Source of the DNA: a virus
Lineage: Duplodnaviria; Caudoviricetes
IMG/VR virus record: IMGVR_UViG_3300023232_000001
Span: 1 to 51,645 of that record
Direction: 5' to 3' (one strand)
Length of the DNA: 51,645 nt
The notes below the pieces were generated by a model, which made no database searches, was not told the DNA's origin, and worked only from the letters and a program-made list of their open reading frames with translations. Of the stretch, positions 35,357 through 46,006 are shown piece by piece. Within the stretch, counting starts at the first letter, position 1. Every line of letters begins with the position of its first letter. The translations under genes were made by a program, and so were the position numbers.

Positions 35357-35818
35357 ATGGATATTCAAGAAAATTATAAAGATATAGAAATAAATGGTCG
35401 TAAATTTAGACTAAACAAATTGTCTGCTATGACTGGTACATTTATGATGGTAAAGCTAGTAGGTATATTAGTTCCCATGCTTGACAATATAAATATAGAC
35501 TCTTTAGATACTACAGCCTTAAAAGATTTAAACTACACACAAATTTCCAAATCATTATGTGACTTAGAAGAAAAAGAACTCAAAAATATTCAAGAAAAAT
35601 CTTTAAAAGTTGTGGAAGAATTATTACCAGCTGGATCTCAAAAGATTTTGGGTGATTATGATAAATGGGGTGTGGAAAATATTGAATTTGATATGGCATT
35701 AGTATTAAATTTAACAGTACAATCAATATGGTTCAATGTAGAAAGTTTTTTAAAAGGAAGCCCCTTGAGTTCACTACTCAAGGGGTTGAATATATCCCTG
35801 CCGAATTCGCAAATGTAA
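35357..35818 (+). CDS. Tail assembly chaperone (G)
   Basis: Position; slippery heptamer near 3' end. Confidence 0.8.
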   Translation: MDIQENYKDIEINGRKFRLNKLSAMTGTFMMVKLVGILVPMLDNINIDSLDTTALKDLNYTQISKSLCDLEEKELKNIQEKSLKVVEELLPAGSQKILGDYDKWGVENIEFDMALVLNLTVQSIWFNVESFLKGSPLSSLLKGLNISLPNSQM

Positions 35819-35979
35819 ATGCTTTTTTATATGCACCTGTCCTTGCAAAAATGTGGAAACAACATGAGGTTTGGGATGGAACATATACAGTAGATGATTT
35901 ACTAGATGCTCATGAAATACTATCAGTAACTCATGAAAATGAAAGAAGAGCACAAGAAGCTTCAATGAGGGAGGTGTAG
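35746..35979 (+). CDS. Tail assembly chaperone -1 frameshift extension (GT)
   Basis: T TTT TTA at 35746-35752 plus hairpin 35761-35785; -1 frame reads FFKRKPLEF..DGTYTVDDLLDAHE. Confidence 0.8.
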   Translation, partial: FFKRKPLEFTTQGVEYIPAEFANVNAFLYAPVLAKMWKQHEVWDGTYTVDDLLDAHEILSVTHENERRAQEASMREV

Positions 35980-35982
35980 GAT

Positions 35983-37704
35983 GTGGCTCTAGATTTAATT
36001 AAAGAATATCTTGTAGGAATTGGCTTTAATGTAGATGAAAATTCGTTAAATAAAGCGGAAGAATCTATAAGTAATGCTGATAAAACAATCCAAAGTTTCA
36101 ATAAAAATAGTACAAAAGGGTTTTCAGAATCTAATGATTCAATGGGAACCTTTTTTGAATTGTTAAAATCTTCTTCTGGAACTTTAGGTAAATTATTTCC
36201 CGAATTACAACCCTTTAAAGAGGTATCAAAAGAAATCTCATTAATCAAGAAATTATATAATGATTTCTCAAATATTAAAAAACAGCCAGCAAAAGAAGAG
36301 GCAGCACCACAACAAGAAAATAGATCTCAAAATTCAAATGCAGGCAATCCAGAAAGTAGAGGATTATCTGTAATTCCTCAAAACACAGATTTATTAGATA
36401 CATCTAAAAATCTAATAGAAAGTATATTAGATGCTAATAGTGCAACAGGGGAATTAGCATCTGAAGGTGGAAGTGCGTTTAAGTTATTTTCAAGTGGAGC
36501 TGTAGCTTCCATTGGGACAGTTGTTGCAGCGATAACAGTTTTCGTTTTGGCTGCAAAGGGGTTAGGTAAATTTCTTAATGAACTAGCGAATCAAGATATT
36601 GAATATGAAAAATTATCTAGGCAATTATGGACTACTAAAGAAAATGCAAAAGAAGTAGATATGGCATTGAAAACCATGGGAGCAACAATGCAAGACCTAT
36701 GGCTAAGTCCTACATTATTAAAGCAATTTAACCAATTGAGACAAGATTCAGCAGCTTTAAAACTTCCAAAGGAATATACAGATAATCTCAAAGTTGTACA
36801 AGGCATAGGATTGGAATTTAAACGGCTCCAACAGCTTGCACAACTAACTTTTCAATGGATAGGAAATTATATTCTCAAATATGCTGCAGAACCATTAAAT
36901 GAACTAAGAGAAACTATTCATGAATTCACAGATGGAGCAATAAAAGAAATTCCATCTATAGGAAAGGTAATTGGCTCAGTTATTGGGATTTTAATAAGAG
37001 TATTAGCAGTAATTATTAAAATTGGAGTGTTTGTATTTAAATTAATATCACCAATTTTTGCTATTATCGATTTAATAAAAGAACTTAGCAGTATTTTTGA
37101 CAATTTGCCTGAACCAGTAAAAAAAGGTTTAAAACTAATAGCAGTATCAATCCTTGCTTTAGCTTCACCAATACTACTTATAATTGGATTGATCGATGAT
37201 TTAATGAGTTATTTTAAAGGTGGTAAATCATTGATAGGTTCATTTTTTGATAAATTTGGTAAAGGGACAGACAAACTAAAGTCCCAATATAAAAGTTTCA
37301 AGGATAGTATTTCAAATTCAATGAATTCATTAACCAAAGGTTGGGATTATTATTTTGATAAAGCTAAAAAAGGATTTGACTCATTAACTGAAAAAGCAAA
37401 AGGAGCGTTTCAAAAGTTCAAAGAATGGTCAGAAGGAATATGGGGAAAAGCAAAAGATAAGATACCAGGATTAAAAACAACTGTTGATTTCTTTGTAAAA
37501 CAAAGTGCTCAAAACACTGTACCAGGCTATACAACTAGCAACAATTCTTCTAACAGCGTGACAACTGCAAATAGTCACAATCAGATCAAAAATGAAAATA
37601 CATTTCATGTTTATGGTGGGAATGATTCCAAATCAACTGCTAGCACAATAGGCAGTAATTTATCAGGAATTAATACAAGAAATTTACAAGGAGCGTTTGA
37701 TTAA
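35983..37704 (+). CDS. Tape measure protein
   Basis: IKEYLV.IGF.VD start; helical with hydrophobic stretches; position after chaperones. Confidence 0.82.
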   Translation: MALDLIKEYLVGIGFNVDENSLNKAEESISNADKTIQSFNKNSTKGFSESNDSMGTFFELLKSSSGTLGKLFPELQPFKEVSKEISLIKKLYNDFSNIKKQPAKEEAAPQQENRSQNSNAGNPESRGLSVIPQNTDLLDTSKNLIESILDANSATGELASEGGSAFKLFSSGAVASIGTVVAAITVFVLAAKGLGKFLNELANQDIEYEKLSRQLWTTKENAKEVDMALKTMGATMQDLWLSPTLLKQFNQLRQDSAALKLPKEYTDNLKVVQGIGLEFKRLQQLAQLTFQWIGNYILKYAAEPLNELRETIHEFTDGAIKEIPSIGKVIGSVIGILIRVLAVIIKIGVFVFKLISPIFAIIDLIKELSSIFDNLPEPVKKGLKLIAVSILALASPILLIIGLIDDLMSYFKGGKSLIGSFFDKFGKGTDKLKSQYKSFKDSISNSMNSLTKGWDYYFDKAKKGFDSLTEKAKGAFQKFKEWSEGIWGKAKDKIPGLKTTVDFFVKQSAQNTVPGYTTSNNSSNSVTTANSHNQIKNENTFHVYGGNDSKSTASTIGSNLSGINTRNLQGAFD

Positions 37705-38243
37705 TGGCAGAACAAATTGTAGCAACCTATTTCTCTACTTCCCTTGGCAATTTCATTTTTGATGCATATTTCAATATAAATCATGAAAGCAATTTAACAA
37801 TAACAGAGCATCCGATACAATCGGGTGCTAATATTAGTGACCACGCTTATATGGAAGCCAAGACAGTAACTTTTGAAATAGGTATGTCTGATGTGATGGA
37901 AGATATAATAGGTAAGTCAATTGCTAAGTTTAATGGTGACTCTGCTAGTAGATCAGTTAATGCATATAAAATACTTGAAAAATTGCAAAAAGAGCGATTG
38001 CCTATAGAAATAATAACCAGATTAGGCACTTATGAAAACATGCTTATAGAAACAATTTCAGCACCAGATGATAATAAAACAACTTATGGGTTAAGAGCAA
38101 CAGTTACTCTTAAAGAAATATTTGTAGTAAGTGTTACTACTGTTAAAATTTCAGCAAGACCACATAAAAGTGAACAAACTAATGAAGGTGATCAAAAAGT
38201 TCAAAAGACTGATGAAAGTATTTTGTCATCTTTTTTAAATTAA
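37704..38243 (+). CDS. Tube initiator/Dit-like baseplate protein
   Basis: ITEHPIQSGANISDHAY, T....YENMLI. Confidence 0.8.
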   Translation: MAEQIVATYFSTSLGNFIFDAYFNINHESNLTITEHPIQSGANISDHAYMEAKTVTFEIGMSDVMEDIIGKSIAKFNGDSASRSVNAYKILEKLQKERLPIEIITRLGTYENMLIETISAPDDNKTTYGLRATVTLKEIFVVSVTTVKISARPHKSEQTNEGDQKVQKTDESILSSFLN

Positions 38244-38256
38244 GGAGGGAATTAAA

Positions 38257-38580
38257 TTGTTTATAGTACCATTAACAACAAGTCCAAATCAAAAATTCAC
38301 AAGTACTATTCCAATCGATGGCAAAAAAATTAAATTTAATTTCTTTCTTAGGTTTAATACAGAGGCTAAGTATTGGGTTTTAGATGTATATAATTCTGAA
38401 AATGATAGTTTAATTGTTTCTTTAAATCTTGTATGTGGATTAAATTTGCTTGAACAGTATAGTTACTTAAACATTGGTTCTGCTTATATCTATAAAGTTG
38501 ATAATTCATTATTTGATGATATCCCAAATGAATACAATATTGGATCCGATTTTTATCTTGTGTGGGGTGACACTAAATGA
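38257..38580 (+). CDS. Small baseplate protein
   Basis: PL...PNQ.F, W..D, LV.G.NLL.QY. Confidence 0.7.
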   Translation: MFIVPLTTSPNQKFTSTIPIDGKKIKFNFFLRFNTEAKYWVLDVYNSENDSLIVSLNLVCGLNLLEQYSYLNIGSAYIYKVDNSLFDDIPNEYNIGSDFYLVWGDTK

Positions 38581-40523
38581 GCAATCAGGATTTTATAAAT
38601 AAAATAATTAATGGAGCAAAAAAAGGTTATGAAAAATATGGAATATTACCATCAGTAACTATAGCACAAGCTATAAATGAATCAGGATGGGGAGGTTCTT
38701 CTTTAGCTAGAACAGATAATAATTTATTCGGAATTAAATATCCTGGTAATCATTCACCTGATTTAAAAATTACCCAAGGAACTTGGGCCACAGATGATGG
38801 AGGATATTACGCTCATTATGAATCCTGGAGTGATTCAGTAGAAGATCATGGTTATTTTCTTAAAAATAACTCTAGATATGCAGCCGCAATTGGATTGAAA
38901 GATTCAAGTCAGCAAGTTAAAGCTATAGCAGCGGCTGGATATGCAACTGAATCAGATTACTATTCAATTACAATGCAAATATTAAACGAAAATAATCTTA
39001 CTCAATATGATAATGGAACCTATGTTGGTGGAGATAGTGCAAATAGTAACTCAGATGCATTAAATATAGAAGCTACTAATTATCAAGTTGTAAAGAATAG
39101 TAAAAAGTATAAAGATATTCTTTTTGGAAGAAGATATCGGATAACAGTAAGCGATGAAAATGGTGATGGAATGGATGTTTCTGAATTGAGATGTACTTTT
39201 AATATTGTAAAAACAATTCAAATGCAACCAAACATGAGCGAAATAACTATTTATAACTTAAATGCACAAACTGAAAATTCTATTATGACAAGTGGAAAAA
39301 GAGTTACTGTTGAAGCTGGCTATGAAGGAACACAATTTGGATTAATATTTGATGGAGATATATTACAAATATTAAGAGGTAGAGAAAATGGGACAACATT
39401 CACTTTAACTATTACAGCATTAGATTCAGATAGAGCCATTAATTTTGAAATAGCAAATTATTCTATTGTAAGAGGGCAAACAGCAAGAAATATTGTTGAA
39501 CATATTGTAAATAAAGCACAAAATCCTATTGATTTAGGGAGTATTTCTGATAGATTAAATGGCCCTAAACTTACAAGAGGAAAAGCAATGTTTGGAAAAG
39601 CTTCCGACTACTTGAGACAAATTGCAAAAACATATGAGTTACAACATTATACTGATGATGGAAAATTAAATTTAATTCACTTAGATGATTTACCAAAAGA
39701 TGAGATTGTTGAGTTAAGTACTGATAGTGGATTGCTAGGTACTCCCGAACAAAGTGATTATGGAGTAAATGGACAATGTTTATTAAATCCTCAAATTAAG
39801 TTAAACAGTCTTATTCATATAGATAATAGTCTAGTAAGAGCAAAAAGAATCGATATCAATGGTTCAAATGCAGTTCCAAGTGGTGGAATTTCTTCAAATG
39901 ATAGTAGCGGTACTAATACACGAAATAAAATTATAGCTGAAGCAAAACTCATATGTGATGATCCTAATATTCAATATTCTGAAGAAAATAGAGGACAAAC
40001 CATCGATGGAATAACCTATTGGGATTGTTCTAGTTTTGCAAAGCATTGTTATGAAGTTGCAGGACTTTCTATAGTTGATATAACAGGGCCTCAATATAAG
40101 CAAGTGGCCAACAGTGGAAAATTTAGTTTACAATCTGATGCATTACCAGGAGACTTGGTTTTTTGGGGTACAGGCGATGCATGCACTCATGTAGCTATTT
40201 ATGCAGGTGATGGATATGTTTATGCTGCAAGAGGTATCGATGGAAAGGCACCAATTGACCAAGTTGCATATCATGCCTTATATGGAGATCCTTCGTTTGG
40301 TAGACCTAAGTGTCTTATTGATGCTGATGGCGGGACTTTACCAAGTGCAAACAATAGTAACAGTTCTACTGATTCACAGACTCTATTTAGATCTTTAGAT
40401 AAAGATGGAATATATAGAGTTATTAAGATTACTTATGAAGGAGATACAAGAGGAGACCCATGGTACTTAAATTTCGAAACTATTGATCAACTTGGCGGTG
40501 CAATGGCTGCAGTATCCAGTTAA
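38577..40523 (+). CDS. Baseplate hub with GH73 glucosaminidase and NlpC/P60 domains
   Basis: AQAINESGWG..NNLFGIK..GYAT; hub motifs ITIYNL, EAGY, IFDG; DCSS..PGDLVF..HVAIY. Confidence 0.85.
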   Translation: MSNQDFINKIINGAKKGYEKYGILPSVTIAQAINESGWGGSSLARTDNNLFGIKYPGNHSPDLKITQGTWATDDGGYYAHYESWSDSVEDHGYFLKNNSRYAAAIGLKDSSQQVKAIAAAGYATESDYYSITMQILNENNLTQYDNGTYVGGDSANSNSDALNIEATNYQVVKNSKKYKDILFGRRYRITVSDENGDGMDVSELRCTFNIVKTIQMQPNMSEITIYNLNAQTENSIMTSGKRVTVEAGYEGTQFGLIFDGDILQILRGRENGTTFTLTITALDSDRAINFEIANYSIVRGQTARNIVEHIVNKAQNPIDLGSISDRLNGPKLTRGKAMFGKASDYLRQIAKTYELQHYTDDGKLNLIHLDDLPKDEIVELSTDSGLLGTPEQSDYGVNGQCLLNPQIKLNSLIHIDNSLVRAKRIDINGSNAVPSGGISSNDSSGTNTRNKIIAEAKLICDDPNIQYSEENRGQTIDGITYWDCSSFAKHCYEVAGLSIVDITGPQYKQVANSGKFSLQSDALPGDLVFWGTGDACTHVAIYAGDGYVYAARGIDGKAPIDQVAYHALYGDPSFGRPKCLIDADGGTLPSANNSNSSTDSQTLFRSLDKDGIYRVIKITYEGDTRGDPWYLNFETIDQLGGAMAAVSS

Positions 40524-40542
40524 TTAGTTAGGAGGTAATAAT

Positions 40543-41154
40543 TTGACTAGAAATATCCCGGAAATAATTGGATCAGAAGATGAATTTTACAGAGGACTTG
40601 GTGACACTTGGAATAGTGTTTTAAGAGTTGCATGTCCTGGAATAATTCAAAGTTTTAATCCGAAAGAACAAACAGTAACTGTACAACCAGCAATAAGGGA
40701 ACATCTAAAAAAAGAGGATATGTCAAAAGAATGGACACAACTTCCTTTGTTATTAGATGTTCCTATTTATTTCCCTAGAGCAGGGGAGTATAGCTTAACT
40801 ATGCCTGTAAAAAAAGGTGATGAATGTCTTGTTGTTTTCCTTGATTCATGTATGGATGCTTGGTGGAGCTATGGAGGTATTCAAAATCAAATAGAAAAAA
40901 GAAGACATGATTTAAGTGATGCTGTTGCTTTTGTTGGAATATGGTCTCAACCTAATGTACTTCCTAATTATTCAACAGATTCCTGTCAATTAAGAACTGA
41001 TACTGGTGAAGCTTACATCGAATTAAAAGGTAATGACGTTAACATAGTTGCAGGTAATGTTGATATTTCAGCTAATCAAATAATACTAGATGGCATAGTT
41101 TGGGATTCACACAGTCATACATGTCCAGATGGTGCAACTAGCGGCCCACATTAG
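40543..41154 (+). CDS. Baseplate central spike (Gp138-N-like)
   Basis: PGII.SF, LP.L.DVP..FP, GDECLV.F, RRHDLSDA, C-terminal HSH. Confidence 0.85.
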   Translation: MTRNIPEIIGSEDEFYRGLGDTWNSVLRVACPGIIQSFNPKEQTVTVQPAIREHLKKEDMSKEWTQLPLLLDVPIYFPRAGEYSLTMPVKKGDECLVVFLDSCMDAWWSYGGIQNQIEKRRHDLSDAVAFVGIWSQPNVLPNYSTDSCQLRTDTGEAYIELKGNDVNIVAGNVDISANQIILDGIVWDSHSHTCPDGATSGPH

Positions 41155-41165
41155 GAGGTGGTATT

Positions 41166-41523
41166 TTGAAATATCGCATTTTAGATGAAAATGACGATTA
41201 CTCATTTGGGTAGAGGTCAACAAAACTTAACTTATGGTATTTTTGCAGTTAGTCAAGCAATAAAAACAAGGTTAAAGCTTTTATATGGTGAATGGTGGGA
41301 AGATATAGAAGATGGATTGCCACTATTTGAACAAATATTAGGTAAATTGTCATCAAGTAAAGACTTAACTATAGTTGATTCGAAAATAAAAGAAAGAATT
41401 ATTGGAACGCAAGATGTCACTTCAATAGAAGAGTTTTCAAGTACATGTAAAGAAAGAAGATACTCGTTTGAATGCACAGTAAATACAAAGTATGGAAGTA
41501 TTTCGATATCAAATAATTTATAA
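41166..41523 (+). pseudogene. Baseplate wedge/sheath-initiator protein with apparent 1-nt frameshift
   Basis: RBS GGAGGTG + TTG gives MKYRILDENDDYSFG then TAG; removing one G at 41208-41210 joins RGQQN..RLKL..GEWW. Confidence 0.75.
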
Positions 41524-41541
41524 GAAAGGAGATGTGCTCTT

Positions 41542-42717
41542 ATGGCTTATTTTGCGCCTTTTATTGACCAAAGTGGATTCCATATGCCAACATATTTGGA
41601 CATTAGAAATAAACTTATAGACGATGCAAAATCTATTTTTGGCCAAGATATTTATTTAGAAAATGATAGCCAAGACTATCAATGGATAGCTACTGTATCC
41701 GAAAAAATTTTCGATGCATTTCAAGCTACACAATTAGTTTATAACAATAGAGGGCCATCAAGCTCTATAGGAAGTGCATTAGATGGAATAATAAAGATAA
41801 ATGGAATCAAAAGAAAATCTGCAAGCTATAGCAAATGTACAGTAACAATTAGTGGTATAGCCGGGACAATAATTAAAAATGGAGTTGTATTAGACAAAGG
41901 TAATATAAAATGGAATTTACCAACACTAGTAACAATTCCAGATAGTGGTCACATTCATGTCCTTGCAACTTGTCAAATAGCTGGTCCAATAGTTGCAAAT
42001 TCTAGTGAGTTAATTAGCATATATAATCCTACTTATGGATGGAATGGTGTTTATAATGCTGAAAGTGCAGAATTGGGTTCAGAAAAAGAAACAGATAGTA
42101 AATTAAGAAAAAGACAATCAGTTTCTACAGCTCAACCAAGTCAAACATTATTAGAGGGTACAAGTGGATCAGTTGCTCAGATTAAAGATGTTACTAGGTC
42201 TAGGATTTATGAAAATGACACTAATCAAGTCAATTCTTTAGGATTGCCACCACATTCTATAACTTGTATTGCTGAAGGTGGAAATAACGAAGATATAGCT
42301 GAAGCAATTTTCATTCATAGAGGTCTTGGCTGTTATACAAATGGAGATATAACAATTAACGTAACAGATACAAAAGGTCAGGTAACTCCAATTAGATTCT
42401 TTAGGCCAACTTATAAAGATATTTCTGTAACTCTAAATATTAAAGCTTTGAATGGGTATACAACTGCGACAACAGAAAATATAAAAGAAAAGATACTGAT
42501 ATATTTAAATTCAATGACAATAGGAAGTAAGTTAGAAGTATCTAGTTTGTGGGGGGTTGCTCTACAAACCATGCCTAATTTAGCCGACCCTATGTTTAGT
42601 ATTACATCCATTACAGCAGGAATAGTAGGAGAACTTCAAGTGGCAGATGAGGTACCTGTATCTTATAAAGATGTTTGCAGAGGGAATATTGCTAATATTA
42701 CTGCAAATGTAATATAG
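41542..42717 (+). CDS. Baseplate J/gp47-like protein
   Basis: G..LD, ETD..LR.R, YENDT, GLPPHSI..EGG. Confidence 0.9.
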   Translation: MAYFAPFIDQSGFHMPTYLDIRNKLIDDAKSIFGQDIYLENDSQDYQWIATVSEKIFDAFQATQLVYNNRGPSSSIGSALDGIIKINGIKRKSASYSKCTVTISGIAGTIIKNGVVLDKGNIKWNLPTLVTIPDSGHIHVLATCQIAGPIVANSSELISIYNPTYGWNGVYNAESAELGSEKETDSKLRKRQSVSTAQPSQTLLEGTSGSVAQIKDVTRSRIYENDTNQVNSLGLPPHSITCIAEGGNNEDIAEAIFIHRGLGCYTNGDITINVTDTKGQVTPIRFFRPTYKDISVTLNIKALNGYTTATTENIKEKILIYLNSMTIGSKLEVSSLWGVALQTMPNLADPMFSITSITAGIVGELQVADEVPVSYKDVCRGNIANITANVI

Positions 42718-42727
42718 GAGGTATGTC

Positions 42728-43459
42728 ATGTCAATAGATAAATATTTAGATAATATAACATCAGAACATAGGGATAAACCTAATTTCATTGGGTGGTTAA
42801 GTAAAAGTTTAAATATTATAGATCATACTTATTTAACAATAAAATCTATTGATTCTAATTTTGACATTGATTATGCAATTGGTGCTCAATTAGATGTTTT
42901 AGGTACCATAATAGGACGAAATAGAACCCTTACTTTTCAACCGTTACATGGATTTACGCCTGTTTTAAGTGATGAATATTATAGATTAGTTTTAAAAACA
43001 AAGATAGCTCTTAATAACTGGGATGGTACAATTCCAGAAATATATAAAATCTGGGATAACATTTTCGGTAGTGATGATGATTTAGATTTACAGATAGAAG
43101 ATAATCAGGATATGAGTTTTAATGCGTATATAACTGGTTATGTGGATCAAATACAACAAGATTTAATTCAACATGGGTATATAATCCCCAAACCTGAAGG
43201 GGTGAGAATTAATTATGTAGGTCGCTCCAAAGTACCCTTTAATGTTTATTCTGCAATGGTTGTCTCAGGATGCCAAACCCAAGTTATAACAATGGATTTA
43301 GACCAAAGCGAATATATTAAATTCACTGAATATCCAGTTATGGTTGTACAACAAATAAAAACTGAAACTATAAAATTATACACTGAAAAATTTAATTATA
43401 TTACAAATGAAAATTATAGTTATATTACAAATGAAAATGGAGATAAATTAATTTTCTAG
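42728..43459 (+). CDS. Baseplate wedge protein (DUF2612-like)
   Basis: FDID.A.G.QLD.LG, L.D..YR..LK.KI..N.WDGT, PKP.GV. Confidence 0.82.
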   Translation: MSIDKYLDNITSEHRDKPNFIGWLSKSLNIIDHTYLTIKSIDSNFDIDYAIGAQLDVLGTIIGRNRTLTFQPLHGFTPVLSDEYYRLVLKTKIALNNWDGTIPEIYKIWDNIFGSDDDLDLQIEDNQDMSFNAYITGYVDQIQQDLIQHGYIIPKPEGVRINYVGRSKVPFNVYSAMVVSGCQTQVITMDLDQSEYIKFTEYPVMVVQQIKTETIKLYTEKFNYITNENYSYITNENGDKLIF

Positions 43460-43477
43460 GGAGGTGTATGCTAAAGA

Positions 43478-45301
43478 ATGAATTTGAGAACTAGTGAATT
43501 TCCCATTATAACTCCAAATGAAAGAACTTTAGTAATGGTTAATCATGATGGAAATTCGAGAAATGCATATCTAAATGATATTAGGGATACTCCTTTAAGA
43601 CGAGAAGTTGAAGCAGCAAGAAAAGGTGAATCAACTTTAGTAGATAAGATAGATAGTATTGACTTATCTATTTTACAAATAATTTCAGGATTAAGTACTG
43701 TTTATACAAAAGAAGAAGTAAACAAAATATTAAGTGATCTTATTGGTAATTCTCCAGAATTACTTAATTCATTAAATGAATTGGCTGCTGCATTAAATGA
43801 TGATCCTAATTTTTCAACCACAATAATGACTTTATTAAGTAATAGAGTTGAAAAAGAAACTGGAAAATCATTGATCTCTATTGCTGAATGGGAAACTGTA
43901 AAAAGTACTCTTCAGACATTAAATGCCACAGTAACATCTGATAATACTTTGGCAAAATTTTCTGATTTAACATATCAGACCGCTCAAGGTACAGCAAATG
44001 CAATAATATTAATATTACCACCATTACAAAATGGATATCCAGTAAACTTTATTGCAGCATATAATAATGAGGGATTATCTACAACTATTAATGACATAAA
44101 ATTATATAAACCAAATTCAACAAATCCAACAAAATTAATAGCTGGAAAAGCTTATACAACTTGGTACGATTTAAATAAAAACTGTTTTTTTTTGCAAGCT
44201 AGTGCAGAAGGTAATACCATAAAATCTCATGTGCTAGCTGGAGATATTTATAGTACAGATGAAGATACTGGTTTAGTAGGTGAAATGCCTGATAATGGAG
44301 CAGTAATTATAACACCAGATATAATTACTAAATCCATTCCATTAGGATATCATCCAGGTACAGGATATGTACCTGGAGAACCTAATCTAATATCAGACAA
44401 TATAAAAGCTAATAAAAGTATATTTGGTGTAACTGGAAAAAGTAGCGTTGTTGATACATCTGATGCGCTAGCAACAGCTGCTCAATTATTACTTAATGTT
44501 TCAGCATATGTGAATGGTAATAAAATCATTGGATCTATGCCTAATAATGGTGCAGTTACAATAACACCAGGAACAACAAATAAATCCATTCCATTAGGAT
44601 ATCATCCAGGTACAGGATATGTACCTGGAGAACCTAATCTAATATCAGATAATATAAAAGCTAATAAAAGTATATTTGGAATATCTGGGAAAGCAAGTGT
44701 TGTAGACACCACTGATGCGTCAGTTGCTGCAAGCCAAATGATAACAGGAACAACAGCCTATAAAAATGGTACGAAAATTACAGGCACTATGCCTTATGTT
44801 AGTCCTGATATATCAACTCATAAAAATGCAGTTAATATTTCAGCAGGTATCTTTAGTGGTGATGGTGCTAATTATGCATATACTCAGGTTCATAATGGTA
44901 ATTATTTAAATGGCATAGACTGGTATAGAAGTTATCAGCCATATTTATTAGCACAATATATATTAAGTGGTGCCAATATATTTGGTGTTGCGGGGAGTGC
45001 TACGATACAAAATTTAGGCGGGTACCAGGCGACTTGGGGTTCTGGAACGATACCAGGAAGTGGTTCTTATACAGTCAACACTGGCGGAGTTCAGCCTAAA
45101 TTCATTTTATGTCGTATAAGCTCATTTATTTATGTGTATAGTGCATCATTTCCAACTGCCAGTGGTTACCGTTTGGATAATACTACCTGGTATTCTGAGA
45201 CTACCAATGCTAACTACAAGATAACACTAACATCAACAGGGTTTATCGTTGGTAACTTCTCAGCAGCGAGTTCACCATTAGTCTATACAGCTTTTTATTA
45301 A
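43478..45301 (+). CDS. Tail fibre/receptor-binding protein 1
   Basis: P.LL..L.ELAAALNDDPNF motif; 84-aa internal repeats with NI.A.K.IFG; variable tip. Confidence 0.8.
   Translation: MNLRTSEFPIITPNERTLVMVNHDGNSRNAYLNDIRDTPLRREVEAARKGESTLVDKIDSIDLSILQIISGLSTVYTKEEVNKILSDLIGNSPELLNSLNELAAALNDDPNFSTTIMTLLSNRVEKETGKSLISIAEWETVKSTLQTLNATVTSDNTLAKFSDLTYQTAQGTANAIILILPPLQNGYPVNFIAAYNNEGLSTTINDIKLYKPNSTNPTKLIAGKAYTTWYDLNKNCFFLQASAEGNTIKSHVLAGDIYSTDEDTGLVGEMPDNGAVIITPDIITKSIPLGYHPGTGYVPGEPNLISDNIKANKSIFGVTGKSSVVDTSDALATAAQLLLNVSAYVNGNKIIGSMPNNGAVTITPGTTNKSIPLGYHPGTGYVPGEPNLISDNIKANKSIFGISGKASVVDTTDASVAASQMITGTTAYKNGTKITGTMPYVSPDISTHKNAVNISAGIFSGDGANYAYTQVHNGNYLNGIDWYRSYQPYLLAQYILSGANIFGVAGSATIQNLGGYQATWGSGTIPGSGSYTVNTGGVQPKFILCRISSFIYVYSASFPTASGYRLDNTTWYSETTNANYKITLTSTGFIVGNFSAASSPLVYTAFY
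44329..44679 (+). repeat. 99-bp near-identical direct repeat (44329-44427 and 44581-44679)
   Basis: One mismatch by eye; 252-bp period. Confidence 0.9.
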
Positions 45302-45310
45302 TTTTGGAGG

Positions 45311-45610
45311 ATGATTAAAATGGATACATTAATTATTTATGATAACAATGGGAATATATATGTGCAGATGTCAGGAACTTATTCAGTACCTTCTGGTGGA
45401 ATACAGTTTTTAGAGATAGAAGTTCCAGAAGGAAAAACAATATCTAAGATAGATGTTACAGTTACGCCACATAGTCCAATTTATGAAAATATGACAGAAA
45501 CACTAGAACAAAGTATGAAAGTATTAAAAAATGAAAGTGAATTACTTAAAGGTTGTGTAATGGAATTGGCTGATATTGTATATTCGTCAACAACAAGAAG
45601 TGGGGTGTAA
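45311..45610 (+). CDS. Tail fibre chaperone-like protein
   Basis: TLIIYD..G.I, EVPEGK; follows fibre gene. Confidence 0.65.
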   Translation: MIKMDTLIIYDNNGNIYVQMSGTYSVPSGGIQFLEIEVPEGKTISKIDVTVTPHSPIYENMTETLEQSMKVLKNESELLKGCVMELADIVYSSTTRSGV

Positions 45611-45613
45611 AAT

Positions 45614-45739
45614 TTGTATTTAGTTGAGTTATATTGTAAAGAAATAAGAGAAAAGAATAAAACAATGGAGGATGTACCAATAGGATTAAAATCTAAAGTA
45701 CAGGAAGAACTTGATAAAGATGTGAAAGATGATGAGTAA
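45614..45739 (+). CDS. Small CD1375-like protein (copy 1), 41 aa
   Basis: Not in ORF track; YLVELY..TMEDVP.GLKSKV. Confidence 0.6.
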   Translation: MYLVELYCKEIREKNKTMEDVPIGLKSKVQEELDKDVKDDE

Positions 45740-45797
45740 AAGAATACTTTATCATCTTTTATTATTTATATATTTTTTAGTGAAAGGGAGCGATATT

Positions 45798-45938
45798 ATG
45801 AAACCAAGTTATTTAGTAATGCTTTTTACAAATGAAATAATGGAAGGGAATATCACAATAGAAGATGTACCTGCAGGACTTAAATCAAAAGTAAAATCTT
45901 ACTTAGAAAGTTTAGGGTATGACTTTAATGCAAAATAA
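45798..45938 (+). CDS. Small CD1375-like protein (copy 2)
   Basis: YLVMLF..TIEDVPAGLKSKV; RBS AAAGGGAG. Confidence 0.65.
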   Translation: MKPSYLVMLFTNEIMEGNITIEDVPAGLKSKVKSYLESLGYDFNAK

Positions 45939-46006
45939 ACAAGATTATAAAGGCACTATCAAAAGACTAAAAAGTCTTTTTTTATTTCTTTAGGAAGGGG
46001 ATATTT

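Noticed and set aside
44329-44679. Diversity-generating retroelement TR/VR pair
   Set aside because: No reverse transcriptase; both copies are in-frame within one gene and the single difference is C/T, not adenine-specific
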